A DNA stretch of 64,000 nucleotides, taken from positions 160,001 to 224,000 of the forward strand of contig CBDBMJ010000001.1 in the NCBI GenBank assembly GCA_965207455.1, given 5' to 3'. This document shows, one piece after another, positions 1 to 9,978 of this stretch. Both the position numbers and the translations under genes were made by a program. The DNA comes from Bdellovibrionota bacterium. GTDB lineage: Bacteria; Bdellovibrionota; UBA1018; CAIPTA01; JAALKR01. The notes beneath the pieces were generated by a model, which had not been told where the DNA came from, did no database searches, and saw nothing but the letters and a program-made list of their open reading frames with translations. The first letter of the stretch is position 1; each line of letters begins with the position of its first letter.

Positions 1-13
1 TTTCTTTTTTCAT
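1..13 (-). CDS. 5' end of a gene running off the window (MKKE...)
   Basis: ATG at 13..11 preceded by a GAGGGG RBS and a sigma54 promoter at 74-90. Confidence 0.5.
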
Positions 14-73
14 TTTTTCCCCTCTATCTTTACTTTTTAGTTAAAAATGATCTTGGCCACATGTATTTATTAG

Positions 74-90
74 TGCAAATAGCATGCCAA
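74..90 (-). promoter_or_regulatory. sigma54 -24/-12 promoter TTGGCATGCTATTTGCA
   Basis: GG-N10-GC consensus; IHF-like box at 137-149; enhancer-like TGTCTAAAGAATAGACA at 212-228. Confidence 0.75.
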
Positions 91-295
91 GTGCGTTCGC
101 TGAGGCAGCAGAACGAGGAAGAAAAAATCCTTTCATTTCGGCTATTTAGGCTGGTTTTTTGGATTTCTGTACTCAGGTTTACAGAAGAACAGCATACCCA
201 GCAACTTGTATTGTCTAAAGAATAGACAGTTGCTTAGAGTTTTTGCATTTGATTACAAAAGACAGAAAAATGGTCTGGCTTGTGTTTATTAATGC

Positions 296-575
296 TTATT
301 GCAAAGGTATAAGAATAGCGCCAGCAGTGTTAGGATCTTTAAGTTTAGCTTTAAAAATATCGGCAGTTGCCACAGAAATCAGGCCATCATACAGAAGACT
401 ATCCACCTCATAGTTGCTCTGAATCTTAAGGGCGTTAGCGGAACAACCAAGCTGTATATATGTCTTGATTGCTGTTTCAGATTTTCTTTGGTCTTCACTA
501 CTAGATTAGCTCCGTAAATATTGAGTGTTGATTTAGGATACTCACATATTTCATTTATATCGCTATAGTGATATA
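296..575 (-). pseudogene. 3' fragment of the secreted two-TM orphan family, frameshifted
   Basis: Manual translation INEICEYPKSTLNI../..SEDQRK..KTYIQLGC..YEVDSLLYDGLIS..ILIPLQ* matches the C-terminal domain of 580-1302; frameshift near 502-505; no 5' part. Confidence 0.8.
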
Positions 576-579
576 ATTT

Positions 580-1302
580 TTATTTTCCATTATTTACGGG
601 TATATAAACTGGATTCTTTCCAGAAGTTGCAAAATAGTTTTTGGCACTATTGGCATCTCTTTCAGTAATCACCCCATCATGTAGAAGAGAGTCCACAGCA
701 TATGCGTCAACAAGTTTATAATATTCAATATAACAGCCCTTCTCTTTATATGTCTTAACTGTCCTTATAACTTTTCTTTGCTCCTCACTATTAGTATTAG
801 ATCTGGATATATTGCGTGTTGATTTAGCATATCCACATGTTTCATTTATATAATTATAGCTTTCCACTAAGTCTTTACCTTTAAGTTGGAGCTCTCTATC
901 CTCTTTACCTTTAAATTTAAGTATGTCTTTTTTAAACTCATCCTTATCTAGATTGTGAAAATGAGCCTTGACTATGTTATAATTTGTTTCTTCTCCTAGA
1001 ACTGCAGAGGGTATGGTGAGTATAAGAGCAGCAATAGATATGTGGTTAAAAGTGCGAGTTATACGTCTACCACCTTCTCTCATAAGTGAGTTAGCTCCCT
1101 TACTATTATTTCTTTGTTCATAGAGGTCATCACTCAATAGACCAAAATGAATAAACCGAGAGATGAATGCAGTGGTAAACATAGCTCCACCTATCATGAA
1201 GCCAGAACCTTCTGTTTCAATAAGTGTCGCTCCAGATGCATATTCCGGGCTAATCAAAGCTAGGGCAGCGAGTATGCAAATTATATTTTTTATTTTCTTC
1301 AT
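580..1302 (-). CDS. Secreted/membrane orphan protein, family member 1 (signal peptide, 2 TM, Cys-pair C-terminal domain)
   Basis: Start MKKIKNII after AAAGGAG RBS; signal ALALISPEYASGA; paralogous to neighbours. Confidence 0.8.
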   Translation of the reverse strand: MKKIKNIICILAALALISPEYASGATLIETEGSGFMIGGAMFTTAFISRFIHFGLLSDDLYEQRNNSKGANSLMREGGRRITRTFNHISIAALILTIPSAVLGEETNYNIVKAHFHNLDKDEFKKDILKFKGKEDRELQLKGKDLVESYNYINETCGYAKSTRNISRSNTNSEEQRKVIRTVKTYKEKGCYIEYYKLVDAYAVDSLLHDGVITERDANSAKNYFATSGKNPVYIPVNNGK

Positions 1303-1387
1303 TTTATTTTCTCCTTTGTTCATTGTAAGTTTATGGTCGAAAATTAAGTGCGAAGCATTAGTTCTCACCATCTCCCAGTAGACAGCT

Positions 1388-1472
1388 ATTATATCCCAAA
1401 AGATGCGTCGCGTCAAGTATTATTTAGGATCGCGGGGTTAAAAATAAAAAATTCTTTTATTTCAGCTACTTA
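1388..1472 (-). promoter_or_regulatory. sigma70 promoter (AAATAATAC-TTGACG-N17-TATAAT) with upstream IHF-like box
   Basis: Near-consensus -35/-10; TTTCAGCTACTTA at 1460-1472; layout repeated at about 2246-2330 and 3117-3206. Confidence 0.7.
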
Positions 1473-1491
1473 TGCTTGTCAGAATTGTTAT

Positions 1492-2169
1492 TTATAGAAG
1501 TATAGGAACAATCTTGTACTGACCTTTATTGATAGCATCTTGAAGTTGTTTTTTTGCAATATCGGCATTGTGCTCAGTAATCATTCCATCATGTAGAAGA
1601 GTGCCCACATCATATGTGTTGTCCACTAAAATAAACTCATAAGGGCAGCCTCTCTCTATATATGCATCAATTTGGATTTCTTTCTGTTCTTCATCACTAA
1701 TATTAGTCGTTGTTGTATCAAGTGTTAGTTCAACATCACATTCTCCATTTATATAGTGATAACTTTCTGCTAGGTTTTTATCTTCAAGTTGGAGTTTTCT
1801 TTCCTCCTGACCCTTAAATTCAACTATGTTTTGTGAAAGCAGAACTAAGTCTAGATTTTTAGGATCTCCCGTGAAGATTCCTTCCCGATCAGCCTCTGAT
1901 CCAAAAACGGCAGAAGAGACAAAGAGGATAAGGGCACCCTGAATAAGTCCACCAGCGATAGAACTCGCTATTAGAGTAGGTTTTTTTCTATTCATGAGCG
2001 TCAAGGTAATACCAGGCGTAAGCAACATAACTCCGCTCATTCCCATTACAGACGATAGCTTATCAACAGTACTGTTAGGATTATTCGATGATAGTGCGCC
2101 AGATGCATATTCTGGACTGATCAAAGCTAGAGCAACTAATACACAAAATATACTTTTTATTTTCTTCAT
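1492..2169 (-). CDS. Secreted/membrane orphan protein, family member 2
   Basis: Same signal peptide; conserved EFKGQEERKLQLE..YHYINGEC..GCP..LLHDG.ITE domain. Confidence 0.8.
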   Translation of the reverse strand: MKKIKSIFCVLVALALISPEYASGALSSNNPNSTVDKLSSVMGMSGVMLLTPGITLTLMNRKKPTLIASSIAGGLIQGALILFVSSAVFGSEADREGIFTGDPKNLDLVLLSQNIVEFKGQEERKLQLEDKNLAESYHYINGECDVELTLDTTTTNISDEEQKEIQIDAYIERGCPYEFILVDNTYDVGTLLHDGMITEHNADIAKKQLQDAINKGQYKIVPILL

Positions 2170-2349
2170 TTTATTTTCTCCTTTGTTCATATGTAAGTTT
2201 ATGGTCGAAAATTAAGCGCGACGCATTATTTCTCACCAGACAGCTACTATACTCTAAAAGAGCGGACACATCAAGTATTATTTAGGGTCGCAGGGTTAAA
2301 AATGAAAAATTCTTTTATTTCAGCTATTTATGCTTGTCAGAATTGTTAT

Positions 2350-3049
2350 TTATAGAGGTATAGGAACAGTTCTATGCTGACCTTTATTGATGGCAATTTG
2401 AATTTGTCCTATTGCAATGTTGGCATTGTTCTCAGTAATCACTCCCTCATGTACAAGAGTGTTCACATCATATATGTTGTCAATTAAAAGAAACTCACGA
2501 GGGCAGCCTATCTTTATATATGCATCAACTACTTCTGGAGATCTTTCCTGGTCTTCATCATTAATAGTAGCCATTGGCGTATCAGGTGTTGGTTCAGCGT
2601 CGCATTTTTCATTTATATAGTGATAAATTTTTGCTAGGGTTTTACCTTCAAGTTGGCGTTCTCTTTCCTTCTGACCCTTAAATTCAATTATATCCTGTGC
2701 AAGCAGATCGGTGTTTAGATATTCATAATCACCGAGGAATACTCTATACTCTGGAACTGATCCGTAACTCAAAGAAATCACAGCGGCATAAAGAGAAATA
2801 AAAATCAACACAGTAGTGGTACGGCCAAAGTGACGAATAATTCTTGTGCTAGCTGATTTGGGGTTCATGCTTTTGGCTTTTTTCTTTACTTCCTTGTTAA
2901 GCTTGAAACCGAGTGCGGCAGTGGCTAGCGCTCCAACAGATACTATTCCTACAGAAGCGGCCTCCGTCTTCTCTGCAAGCATAGCTCCAGATGCATATTC
3001 CGGGCTAATCAAAGCTAGGGCAGTGAGTATACAAATTATATTTTTTATT
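2350..3049 (-). CDS. Orphan family member 3; ATG lost by a 9-bp deletion (possible pseudogene or ATA start)
   Basis: AAAGGAGAA[AATAAAATG]AAGAAAATA of the paralogs is reduced to AAAGGAGAAAAGAAAATA; the rest of the ORF is intact. Confidence 0.7.
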
Positions 3050-3368
3050 TTCTTTTCTCCTTTGCTTGCAGCTTGGTTTTGTCGGTAAAGTTATGATGCG
3101 TCGAATTGTCAGACTCACTGTATCTAAAGTCAGGAAAATAGCAAGTATTATTTTAATTTTTTTGCTCTGAGCTGATTTATGGAAACCTTTTTATTTCAGC
3201 TATTTATGCAACAACACCCATTATTTGCGGATATTTTGCTTCACATTATAGAAAAATCAGCTTTTTATTGCTGCTCATCGACTAAAAAATAGGTTTTTGT
3301 CTGAAAGGGGAGTTATTAGATTTCTGGGTTTGATTGAGTGCTCCTCAATGAAGTATAATAAGTACTTA

Positions 3369-5288
3369 ATGGCGATATTCTTAAAATTTATGGCAAGTAT
3401 TTTTTTCCTCTGGACCTGCGGTTCTCCTGCCTTGGGAAAGGTTCCGGAGATACGAGTCAGTGCAAGTCCTAATCCCGTATCTCAGGGGGAAAATGTATCT
3501 TTGAAAATTTCTGTGCGTTTGAGCAGCACGGAGCAAATAAGCGCTCCCACGTTCCAAGCGCCAGGCTTTACGATTGTGGGGAAGAATAGTTCTTTAGATA
3601 TTACAACCACGATGATTGGAAATAAAATTTCACCGCAACGGAGGAATACCTATATTTATATACTATCGCCCCGGTCTGTTGGTAAGCATATCATTAGTGA
3701 TATTCGGGTGCGGGTAGGTTCTGGAGTCTATCGAGCTTCCAACCTTACGATTGACGTGAAAAAAGGAAATAAGAGGCGCAGCACTCAGTTGCTTGCAAGG
3801 CAACAGCCGCAACAGCCGAATAGATCCCGAGGAAATACAGCACGAGGAAACACAGCACGGCGAAACCAAGGGAGGAATAATCCCAACAATAACTCCAATA
3901 GTTCAAATATAAAGGTTAGCCTAGAGCTGAGTAAAAGAGTGGTTTTTATTGGAGAACCTATTATTGCGGAATACTATGTATACGATTTCAATAGTGTGCG
4001 GGGTTTGAGTGTAAAACAATGGCCCACTTTCGACGGGTTTTGGAAAGAAGACTTGGAGATTCCTTCTTCGAGGCATGAGTTTAGGTCTGTTTATAAAGAT
4101 GGAAAGCGTATGCGTAGAGCCCTGCTTGCCCGGTTTGCGCTCTATCCTCTTAAAGTGGGCAATATTGCTGTGGATACGCTTACCGCAAATGTTGATGTTG
4201 CTGTTCGGAATAGAGCGAATAATTTTCCCGGGTTTTCTAACTTCACTTTTTTTAATTTCAATGGTGTGCAAAGAAAGATCCTTACCAGTAAAAAAGACTT
4301 TGTTGTGGTAGATCCGTTGCCAAAGAAAGGAAGGCCAGCTAATTTTACTGGTGCGGTGGGGAAGTTTCAGTTCACTATCAATTCCAGCAGGAATCAAGTA
4401 ATGGAGGATGAAGCCATTACATTAAAGGTGCATGTGCAGGGAACGGGAAATTTTCAAGCTATAGAGCGACCCAACATTAAACTTCCCCCAGAGTTTGAAA
4501 TATATGACACGGAAACAAAGGTTCAACAGCATGCCCGCAGGGGAGAGCGTATTCCATTAAGAAAAGAAAAGAGATTTAATACTTTAGTAATTCCCAGAAA
4601 AGCAGGTCTTTATACCATTCCGTCGATTGAATGGAGTTTTTTCGACGTGGAAGAGAAAAAATATAAAACAATTAATACGAGAGCTATTGAGATCAGGGTG
4701 ACTGAAAATAAAAACAGAGTTTCCAAAGGGCCAGATCTAGTGGAAGGCATGGATAAAGTTTATGTGGAGCCAAATAAGGAATATCGATACCTGAAGTCAG
4801 TAGAAGAAATCCAATCTTCTTCCACGATTGTTACAAAGGGAAGATTGGAGAAAGCTACACAAGTTTTAGCCCTCGCTAATTTTTTGTTGGTGCTTGCCCT
4901 GCTGGGATCGCCCGCTTCCAATTTTATACAAAACAGATTTTCTGTTAGCCCTAGGAAGGCAAAAATAAGAGCTGCTATTTATGGTTTAAGTAAGGGAAGG
5001 AAAAATAAACAGATGAATGGTAGGGAGTTGGAAAAAGCTATCTATACTTACATCAGTATTTGTTTGCAAAAGGATAGCTCAGGGATGACAAATCAGGAGA
5101 TCAGAGAGGATTGGACGAAAAGTGGTGTTGGAGCAAATGAGCTCGATGCTCCGTCTATAGAAGTGCTCACCCAATGGTTAGAAGATTGTCAGGAAAGTCA
5201 GTTTGCTTTATACAGTAAGGTTAATAGGAAAGAATTATTAAAAAACATGAAAACCATGGGCATCTTATTGAAGGCAAAGCTTACTTAA
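3369..5288 (+). CDS. batD: BatD-family (oxygen tolerance) protein
   Basis: Repeated Ig-like BatD domains, FTGAVGKF motif, IPSIEWSFFD..KKYKT, C-terminal TM; start uncertain. Confidence 0.8.
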   Translation: MAIFLKFMASIFFLWTCGSPALGKVPEIRVSASPNPVSQGENVSLKISVRLSSTEQISAPTFQAPGFTIVGKNSSLDITTTMIGNKISPQRRNTYIYILSPRSVGKHIISDIRVRVGSGVYRASNLTIDVKKGNKRRSTQLLARQQPQQPNRSRGNTARGNTARRNQGRNNPNNNSNSSNIKVSLELSKRVVFIGEPIIAEYYVYDFNSVRGLSVKQWPTFDGFWKEDLEIPSSRHEFRSVYKDGKRMRRALLARFALYPLKVGNIAVDTLTANVDVAVRNRANNFPGFSNFTFFNFNGVQRKILTSKKDFVVVDPLPKKGRPANFTGAVGKFQFTINSSRNQVMEDEAITLKVHVQGTGNFQAIERPNIKLPPEFEIYDTETKVQQHARRGERIPLRKEKRFNTLVIPRKAGLYTIPSIEWSFFDVEEKKYKTINTRAIEIRVTENKNRVSKGPDLVEGMDKVYVEPNKEYRYLKSVEEIQSSSTIVTKGRLEKATQVLALANFLLVLALLGSPASNFIQNRFSVSPRKAKIRAAIYGLSKGRKNKQMNGRELEKAIYTYISICLQKDSSGMTNQEIREDWTKSGVGANELDAPSIEVLTQWLEDCQESQFALYSKVNRKELLKNMKTMGILLKAKLT

Positions 5289-5291
5289 TAC

Positions 5292-6242
5292 CTAGCTTCC
5301 TTGGATCACTAAAAATATATATCCTACCCAGCCTGTGGTTAACACCAAGCCTGCGCCACGGGATATTTTTTTAAAAAATAGCAGTAGTCCAAATATGAGC
5401 AGGGAAAAACCAAGCATAAACCAAATATCAAATTCTAAAACTTTTGGAGTAATGGACACAGCTTTACCCACACTGGATATTCCCAGCACAAAGAAAATAT
5501 TATAAATATTGGATCCAATTAAATTTCCAATGACTAGGTCGTGGCTTTTCTTAATGGAGCCAATGATGGAGGTGACGATTTCTGGAAGTGTGGTACCCAC
5601 TGCCACGATGGTGAGTCCAATGATTCGTTCACTTAGTCCCAGTTCTTTGGCAATGCTCACGGATCCTTCAAGGGCAAAGTGTCCGCCGATGAAAAGAAAA
5701 ATGAGACCAAGTGCAAGTAAGCCGTAGGTGGAAACAATGGATATGCTTGTGGTTTCTTTTTTTCCTCCTTTTTTTGCCAAGTATATCATCAGCAGGGTAA
5801 ACATGAGGGCGCACAGGAGAAGGATGATTCCCTCCACAGGAACCACCATTAAATCCCAGGTAAAGGCAAGCAGTAGGGCAGAGGCAAACAACATAATGGG
5901 TAGTTCTATTTTTAGTATGGACTCGCTTGTGGGAATGGTAGAGATAATGGCTGCTCCACCTAGCACAAGGGCGATGTTGGCAATATTGGATCCAATTACA
6001 TTTGTTACCACGATGTCGCCATTGCCGTTTATGGAGGCAAGAAGGGAGACAACAGCCTCAGGTAGGGAAGTGCCAATAGCCACCACGGTTAGGCCAATAA
6101 TGATTGGACGCACTCCATAGTACCGAGCAATTTTTGTGGCGTTATCGACGAGAAAGCTTCCTCCTGTGAGGAGTAATGTGAAGCCTAAAAAAATATAGAA
6201 AATGAAAAGAGTCACGAAGAGCTTTGTTGGGGAAGGGTCCAT
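5292..6242 (-). CDS. Calcium/sodium antiporter (YrbG-like CaCA)
   Basis: Two GTSLPE/GTTLPE and GSNI alpha-repeat motifs. Confidence 0.9.
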   Translation of the reverse strand: MDPSPTKLFVTLFIFYIFLGFTLLLTGGSFLVDNATKIARYYGVRPIIIGLTVVAIGTSLPEAVVSLLASINGNGDIVVTNVIGSNIANIALVLGGAAIISTIPTSESILKIELPIMLFASALLLAFTWDLMVVPVEGIILLLCALMFTLLMIYLAKKGGKKETTSISIVSTYGLLALGLIFLFIGGHFALEGSVSIAKELGLSERIIGLTIVAVGTTLPEIVTSIIGSIKKSHDLVIGNLIGSNIYNIFFVLGISSVGKAVSITPKVLEFDIWFMLGFSLLIFGLLLFFKKISRGAGLVLTTGWVGYIFLVIQGS

Positions 6243-6781
6243 CGGTGTTGAGCCCAGTAGTAGCTAAAGAAAATAACGGAAGACCAGACTACGTCGCCTA
6301 AAAGGGCATAATGTAAAAACGGAATTGCGGCAGTGTATGTGGCAATGAAGCCGCTGAATGTGGGTGGGTAGAGGGCAGAGGTGAGCCAGACACCGAAGTT
6401 TGTCCAGATCCAAAAAAATAGTGAGGCAGTGAGTACGGTTCCAGCTCGTCCTAGGACGGAAAAGGAGCGGGTATAGCGTCCTCCAATTAGGATAATGAAA
6501 AACCCGGAGTAGGTGAAAAGGGACCACCAGCCTAGCATGCTATGGCCATGCAAGTAGGAGAGCAGTAGGTCTGAAATAAGCATCATGGAGAGGAAAAATA
6601 GGAAGGAGGATTTTTTATTTAAATGGATGCCGGAGAATAAACATAGGGCTGTTGTGGGAGTGAAGTTGGGCAGGTGGGGAATAATACGAGCCAAGACTCC
6701 AAAGCCAAGCCACCAGAAGGGAAGTGTGCCGGTGGGGGGTATATTGGCGAGGGGAGGTTTTTTTCTTATTGGTGGTTTCAT
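6212..6781 (-). CDS. DUF6580-type putative membrane transport protein
   Basis: RIIPHLPNFTP..ALCLF, FFWIWTNFGVW, Y..AIPF motifs. Confidence 0.7.
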   Translation of the reverse strand: MKPPIRKKPPLANIPPTGTLPFWWLGFGVLARIIPHLPNFTPTTALCLFSGIHLNKKSSFLFFLSMMLISDLLLSYLHGHSMLGWWSLFTYSGFFIILIGGRYTRSFSVLGRAGTVLTASLFFWIWTNFGVWLTSALYPPTFSGFIATYTAAIPFLHYALLGDVVWSSVIFFSYYWAQHRWTLPQQSSS

Positions 6782-6821
6782 GACTAGGTTTTTATACCAT
6801 AGACCCAAGGCTTTTCCAGCC

Positions 6822-7793
6822 TTAGTTTCTTTCTAGTGAGCGTATTTCTGTGGTCGTAAGGGGGCGTGCTTGGGCCACAGGGAGCGTTTTTAGTTCTAGG
6901 GGGCCTATAGCCATGCGTCTTAGTCGGGAGACCTCATAGCCTAGCAAAGAAAATAAGCGTCGTATTTCTAAATTCCTGCCCTCCCGTAGCTCCAAGTGAA
7001 TCCACTCTGTGGATTTTAGCTTTCGTCCACGCCAAACACGTCGAGGGCGCACAAAGCCTTCCTTTAAACTTAAGCCGTCCCGGAGTTTCTCTAGGGCAGC
7101 ATCAGTGCAGGTGCCTTCCACTTTCACGCTATACATTTTAGAAATAGAGAACGAGGGGTGCATGATTTTATGAGCAAAATCCCCGTCGTTGGTAAACAGC
7201 ACTAAACCTTCGCTGGCATAGTCCAATCGTCCCACTGGGTAGAGCCCCTTGCGATGGGCAGGCGGTAAAAAATCCATTACAGTGGGACGACCCTGAGGAT
7301 CGGACGTGGTACAAACACAGCCCCTAGGCTTATTCAGCATGTAGTATTTTTTTTGTGTGTTTTTAGGAGCTACCCATTTACCGTCCACGGTAATAATATC
7401 TGTTTCAGGGTCAGCTTTCGATCCCAGCTTCTGGTTCACTTTCCCGTTCACTTCCACTCGTCCCAGGAGAATCAACTCCTCCGCTTTCCGTCGACTGCAA
7501 ACTCCCCAAGCGGACAGGATCTTCTGTAGTCGTTGGTTGGGATCTTTTGGAGAGTTCAGTGTCTTCTTCCGGATAGTCTTGGGTTTGGTCGGTCCACTCC
7601 TCTTCTTGTTCTGGCTGGACCGATCCGAATGCAACAGTTCCAGCAACTTGATCCTGCTGATGGGCAGTTCCTTGGGCTTCGCTGTTTTGTGCTTGGGCAC
7701 ACTCTTGCGTCGGGCTGTTGTGGCCGTTCGTAGCTTTTTCTTCCGTGCCGTCTTTTTGACTGGCTGTCTTGCTGTTTTCTTTGTCTTGTTCAT
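6822..7793 (-). CDS. rluB: 23S rRNA pseudouridine synthase with basic N-terminal extension
   Basis: S4 domain RLQKILS..SRRKAEE; NKPRG; VGRLD catalytic motif; next to scpB. Confidence 0.85.
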   Translation of the reverse strand: MNKTKKTARQPVKKTARKKKLRTATTARRKSVPKHKTAKPKELPISRIKLLELLHSDRSSQNKKRSGPTKPKTIRKKTLNSPKDPNQRLQKILSAWGVCSRRKAEELILLGRVEVNGKVNQKLGSKADPETDIITVDGKWVAPKNTQKKYYMLNKPRGCVCTTSDPQGRPTVMDFLPPAHRKGLYPVGRLDYASEGLVLFTNDGDFAHKIMHPSFSISKMYSVKVEGTCTDAALEKLRDGLSLKEGFVRPRRVWRGRKLKSTEWIHLELREGRNLEIRRLFSLLGYEVSRLRRMAIGPLELKTLPVAQARPLTTTEIRSLERN

Positions 7794-8445
7794 GGGGAAA
7801 TAGTACTGCCTCCTTTTGCTCAATATCGCTGAACTCAAGCCTTTCAGCCTCTTGGATTACCTGCCTGAGTTGAGTGCCAGAGTCTAGCTCTTCTGGACTG
7901 CCCACTTCATTCTTGGGGAGAAGCTCCTCAATTTCTCCCAAGCTGGGTACATCGCTTAGGCTGGTCAGTCCAAATAGTTCTAAAAACTCTTTCGTTGTAC
8001 TGTATAGCATGGGTCTGCCTGGTGTGTCACTCCTTCCTGATAATTTTATGAGTTTTTTCTCCATAAGGTTGCGTAGGTGGTTTCCGCACTCCACGCCCCG
8101 TATGCTTTCTATCTTTTCCCGGGTGAGGGGCTGGTGAAAGGCAGCTATGGAGAGCACCTCCAGCACTGCTTGAGACATGCGTGCTGGTGCCACCTGCTCC
8201 AGGCGACGGATAAGATCCTTATGTTCCAGCTTTGTCCGAAACATCAGCCCCCCAGCCACCTTGGCAAGCTCTATGCCATGGTCTCGCGTCTGGTACGAAC
8301 TGATGAGTTCTTCAACAGCCTCCTTATATTCTGCCATATCGACAGTGTCATCAATGCTTGTGCGAATTTTTCCTAAGGACAGGGGTTTATGCTGGAGAAA
8401 CAGCAAGGCTTCCGCCGCTGACTTCAGGTAATTTTTTGTACTCAT
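7411..8445 (-). CDS. scpB: SMC-Scp complex subunit ScpB with long acidic tail
   Basis: EALLF, LEVLSIAAFHQPLTR..IESIRGV, GRPMLYSTT.EFLE.FGL. Confidence 0.9.
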   Translation of the reverse strand: MSTKNYLKSAAEALLFLQHKPLSLGKIRTSIDDTVDMAEYKEAVEELISSYQTRDHGIELAKVAGGLMFRTKLEHKDLIRRLEQVAPARMSQAVLEVLSIAAFHQPLTREKIESIRGVECGNHLRNLMEKKLIKLSGRSDTPGRPMLYSTTKEFLELFGLTSLSDVPSLGEIEELLPKNEVGSPEELDSGTQLRQVIQEAERLEFSDIEQKEAVLFPHEQDKENSKTASQKDGTEEKATNGHNSPTQECAQAQNSEAQGTAHQQDQVAGTVAFGSVQPEQEEEWTDQTQDYPEEDTELSKRSQPTTTEDPVRLGSLQSTESGGVDSPGTSGSERESEPEAGIES

Positions 8446-9220
8446 AGGACTCTCCTGTTGTGAATAATTGTTTTATGTTTTCTCGGCTAAGTGGTTCTCG
8501 AAGGATAACGTGAATGGATCCATAGACGGTGTGCTGGAGTATACGGATCTTTTGCAGCTTTGCCAGCTCTAGGATAGCAAGAAATGTGGCAATAATGGTG
8601 GAGGCATTTGCGTTTTCTGGGAAGCAGCTATAAAAATCGGTGTTTTCCTCGGTGCTGAGCTTTTCATGTAGGTCTAGGGCTGCGTCCATTACGCTGAGAA
8701 TTTCTCCTATGGTCCAGCGAACGGGTCGCCTGTTTCGTAAAAGAACATTTTGAAAGGATAGGCTAAGCTCTGTTAGGCTCATTTCTTCAAAGTTCCCATA
8801 TTTACGACGTGGTTTTTTTGTGGGAGGGGGACGCTTAAAGTGGTGGGATCCAAGGCGTGGCTTTTCTTTGAGTGCTTGGGCCACCTCTTGGAATCGTTGG
8901 TGTTCTAGGAGCCTACGAATAAGGGACTCTTTGGTTTCTGCTTCTTCGTCTTCGAGGTTGGGATTTTCTTCGTCGGTTTTGGGTAGGAGTCGACGGGATT
9001 TTATTAAAATGAGTGTTGCAGACATGAGGATAAAATCTCCTGCTATATCCAGATTATACTCTCGCATCAAATCGAGGGCGCGCAGGTACTGTTCGGTAAT
9101 TTCGCCTATTTTTATATTGCGGATATCTATTTCATTTTGACGAGCTAGGTAGAGGAGCAAATCCAACGGACCTTCAAAGCTAGCCAAACTCACCCGGATA
9201 TCTGTTTTTTGAGCTATCAT
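8387..9220 (-). CDS. scpA: Segregation/condensation protein A
   Basis: FEGPLDLLL, IKSRRLLP, TFLAILEL. Confidence 0.9.
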   Translation of the reverse strand: MIAQKTDIRVSLASFEGPLDLLLYLARQNEIDIRNIKIGEITEQYLRALDLMREYNLDIAGDFILMSATLILIKSRRLLPKTDEENPNLEDEEAETKESLIRRLLEHQRFQEVAQALKEKPRLGSHHFKRPPPTKKPRRKYGNFEEMSLTELSLSFQNVLLRNRRPVRWTIGEILSVMDAALDLHEKLSTEENTDFYSCFPENANASTIIATFLAILELAKLQKIRILQHTVYGSIHVILREPLSRENIKQLFTTGESYEYKKLPEVSGGSLAVSPA

Positions 9221-9230
9221 TCTTTCTCTA

Positions 9231-9899
9231 TTAAAGCACAGATCCGACTACGGATACAGCTAGGGAAATGGCAAGGTCGGAAAGGAAATGAATGGGGGTT
9301 AGGATGAAGCGCAGAGCGCCGCTGAACAGTAGGAATAATAAAATAAAAAATCCATATTGCTGGATGGACTCATACTTACGCATGCCCTCGTAGCTAAGAA
9401 AACTTTGCAACATTTTGGATCCATCCAGCGGAGGGATGGGCAGAAGGTTGAAAATAGCTAAAACAAAATTCAGCAGCACCAGGGTGCGGAGAATTTCCCT
9501 AAAAGGTTCCACGAGGGGGAGGGTAGTGGGTACAAATTGATAGAAGAGCACAAAGACAAAGGCAAAGAGAAAGCCCAATATAATATTGGCTAGGGGACCA
9601 GCAAAGGCGACCCAGAAGAGTCCTCGACGAAAATTAGTGAATTGGCGGGGATCGATGGGCACAGGCTTTGCCCAACCGAAAATGAACCCGCCAAAAGCAA
9701 TACCGATTAAAGGAAAAATAAGAGTACCAAAGAGATCCATGTGGGCGATTGGGTTTAGGGTGAGCCGTCCGCTCCATGCTGAGGTCATGTCTCCATAACG
9801 TTTGGCCATCCAAGCGTGGGCATATTCGTGGAGGACTAGGGCAATAAGCAGAGCCGGAAACACGATGCAGATTCTTTGAACGATTGAGGCGATATCCAT
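9231..9899 (-). CDS. Site-2 protease (peptidase M50)
   Basis: HEYAH and NLLPIPPLDG motifs. Confidence 0.9.
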   Translation of the reverse strand: MDIASIVQRICIVFPALLIALVLHEYAHAWMAKRYGDMTSAWSGRLTLNPIAHMDLFGTLIFPLIGIAFGGFIFGWAKPVPIDPRQFTNFRRGLFWVAFAGPLANIILGFLFAFVFVLFYQFVPTTLPLVEPFREILRTLVLLNFVLAIFNLLPIPPLDGSKMLQSFLSYEGMRKYESIQQYGFFILLFLLFSGALRFILTPIHFLSDLAISLAVSVVGSVL

Positions 9900-9978
9900 A
9901 GGTTTCCGTATACAATAGGGCTGGTTGGGGGTCAATGAAAAGCTTTGTATGTGTGTGCAGTCAGCGGTGTGCGGTCTC

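Noticed and set aside
299..517. Plus-strand 72-aa ORF and the many other short antisense ORFs in the track
   Set aside because: They are shadows of genes or pseudogenes on the opposite strand, with no RBS or motif support.
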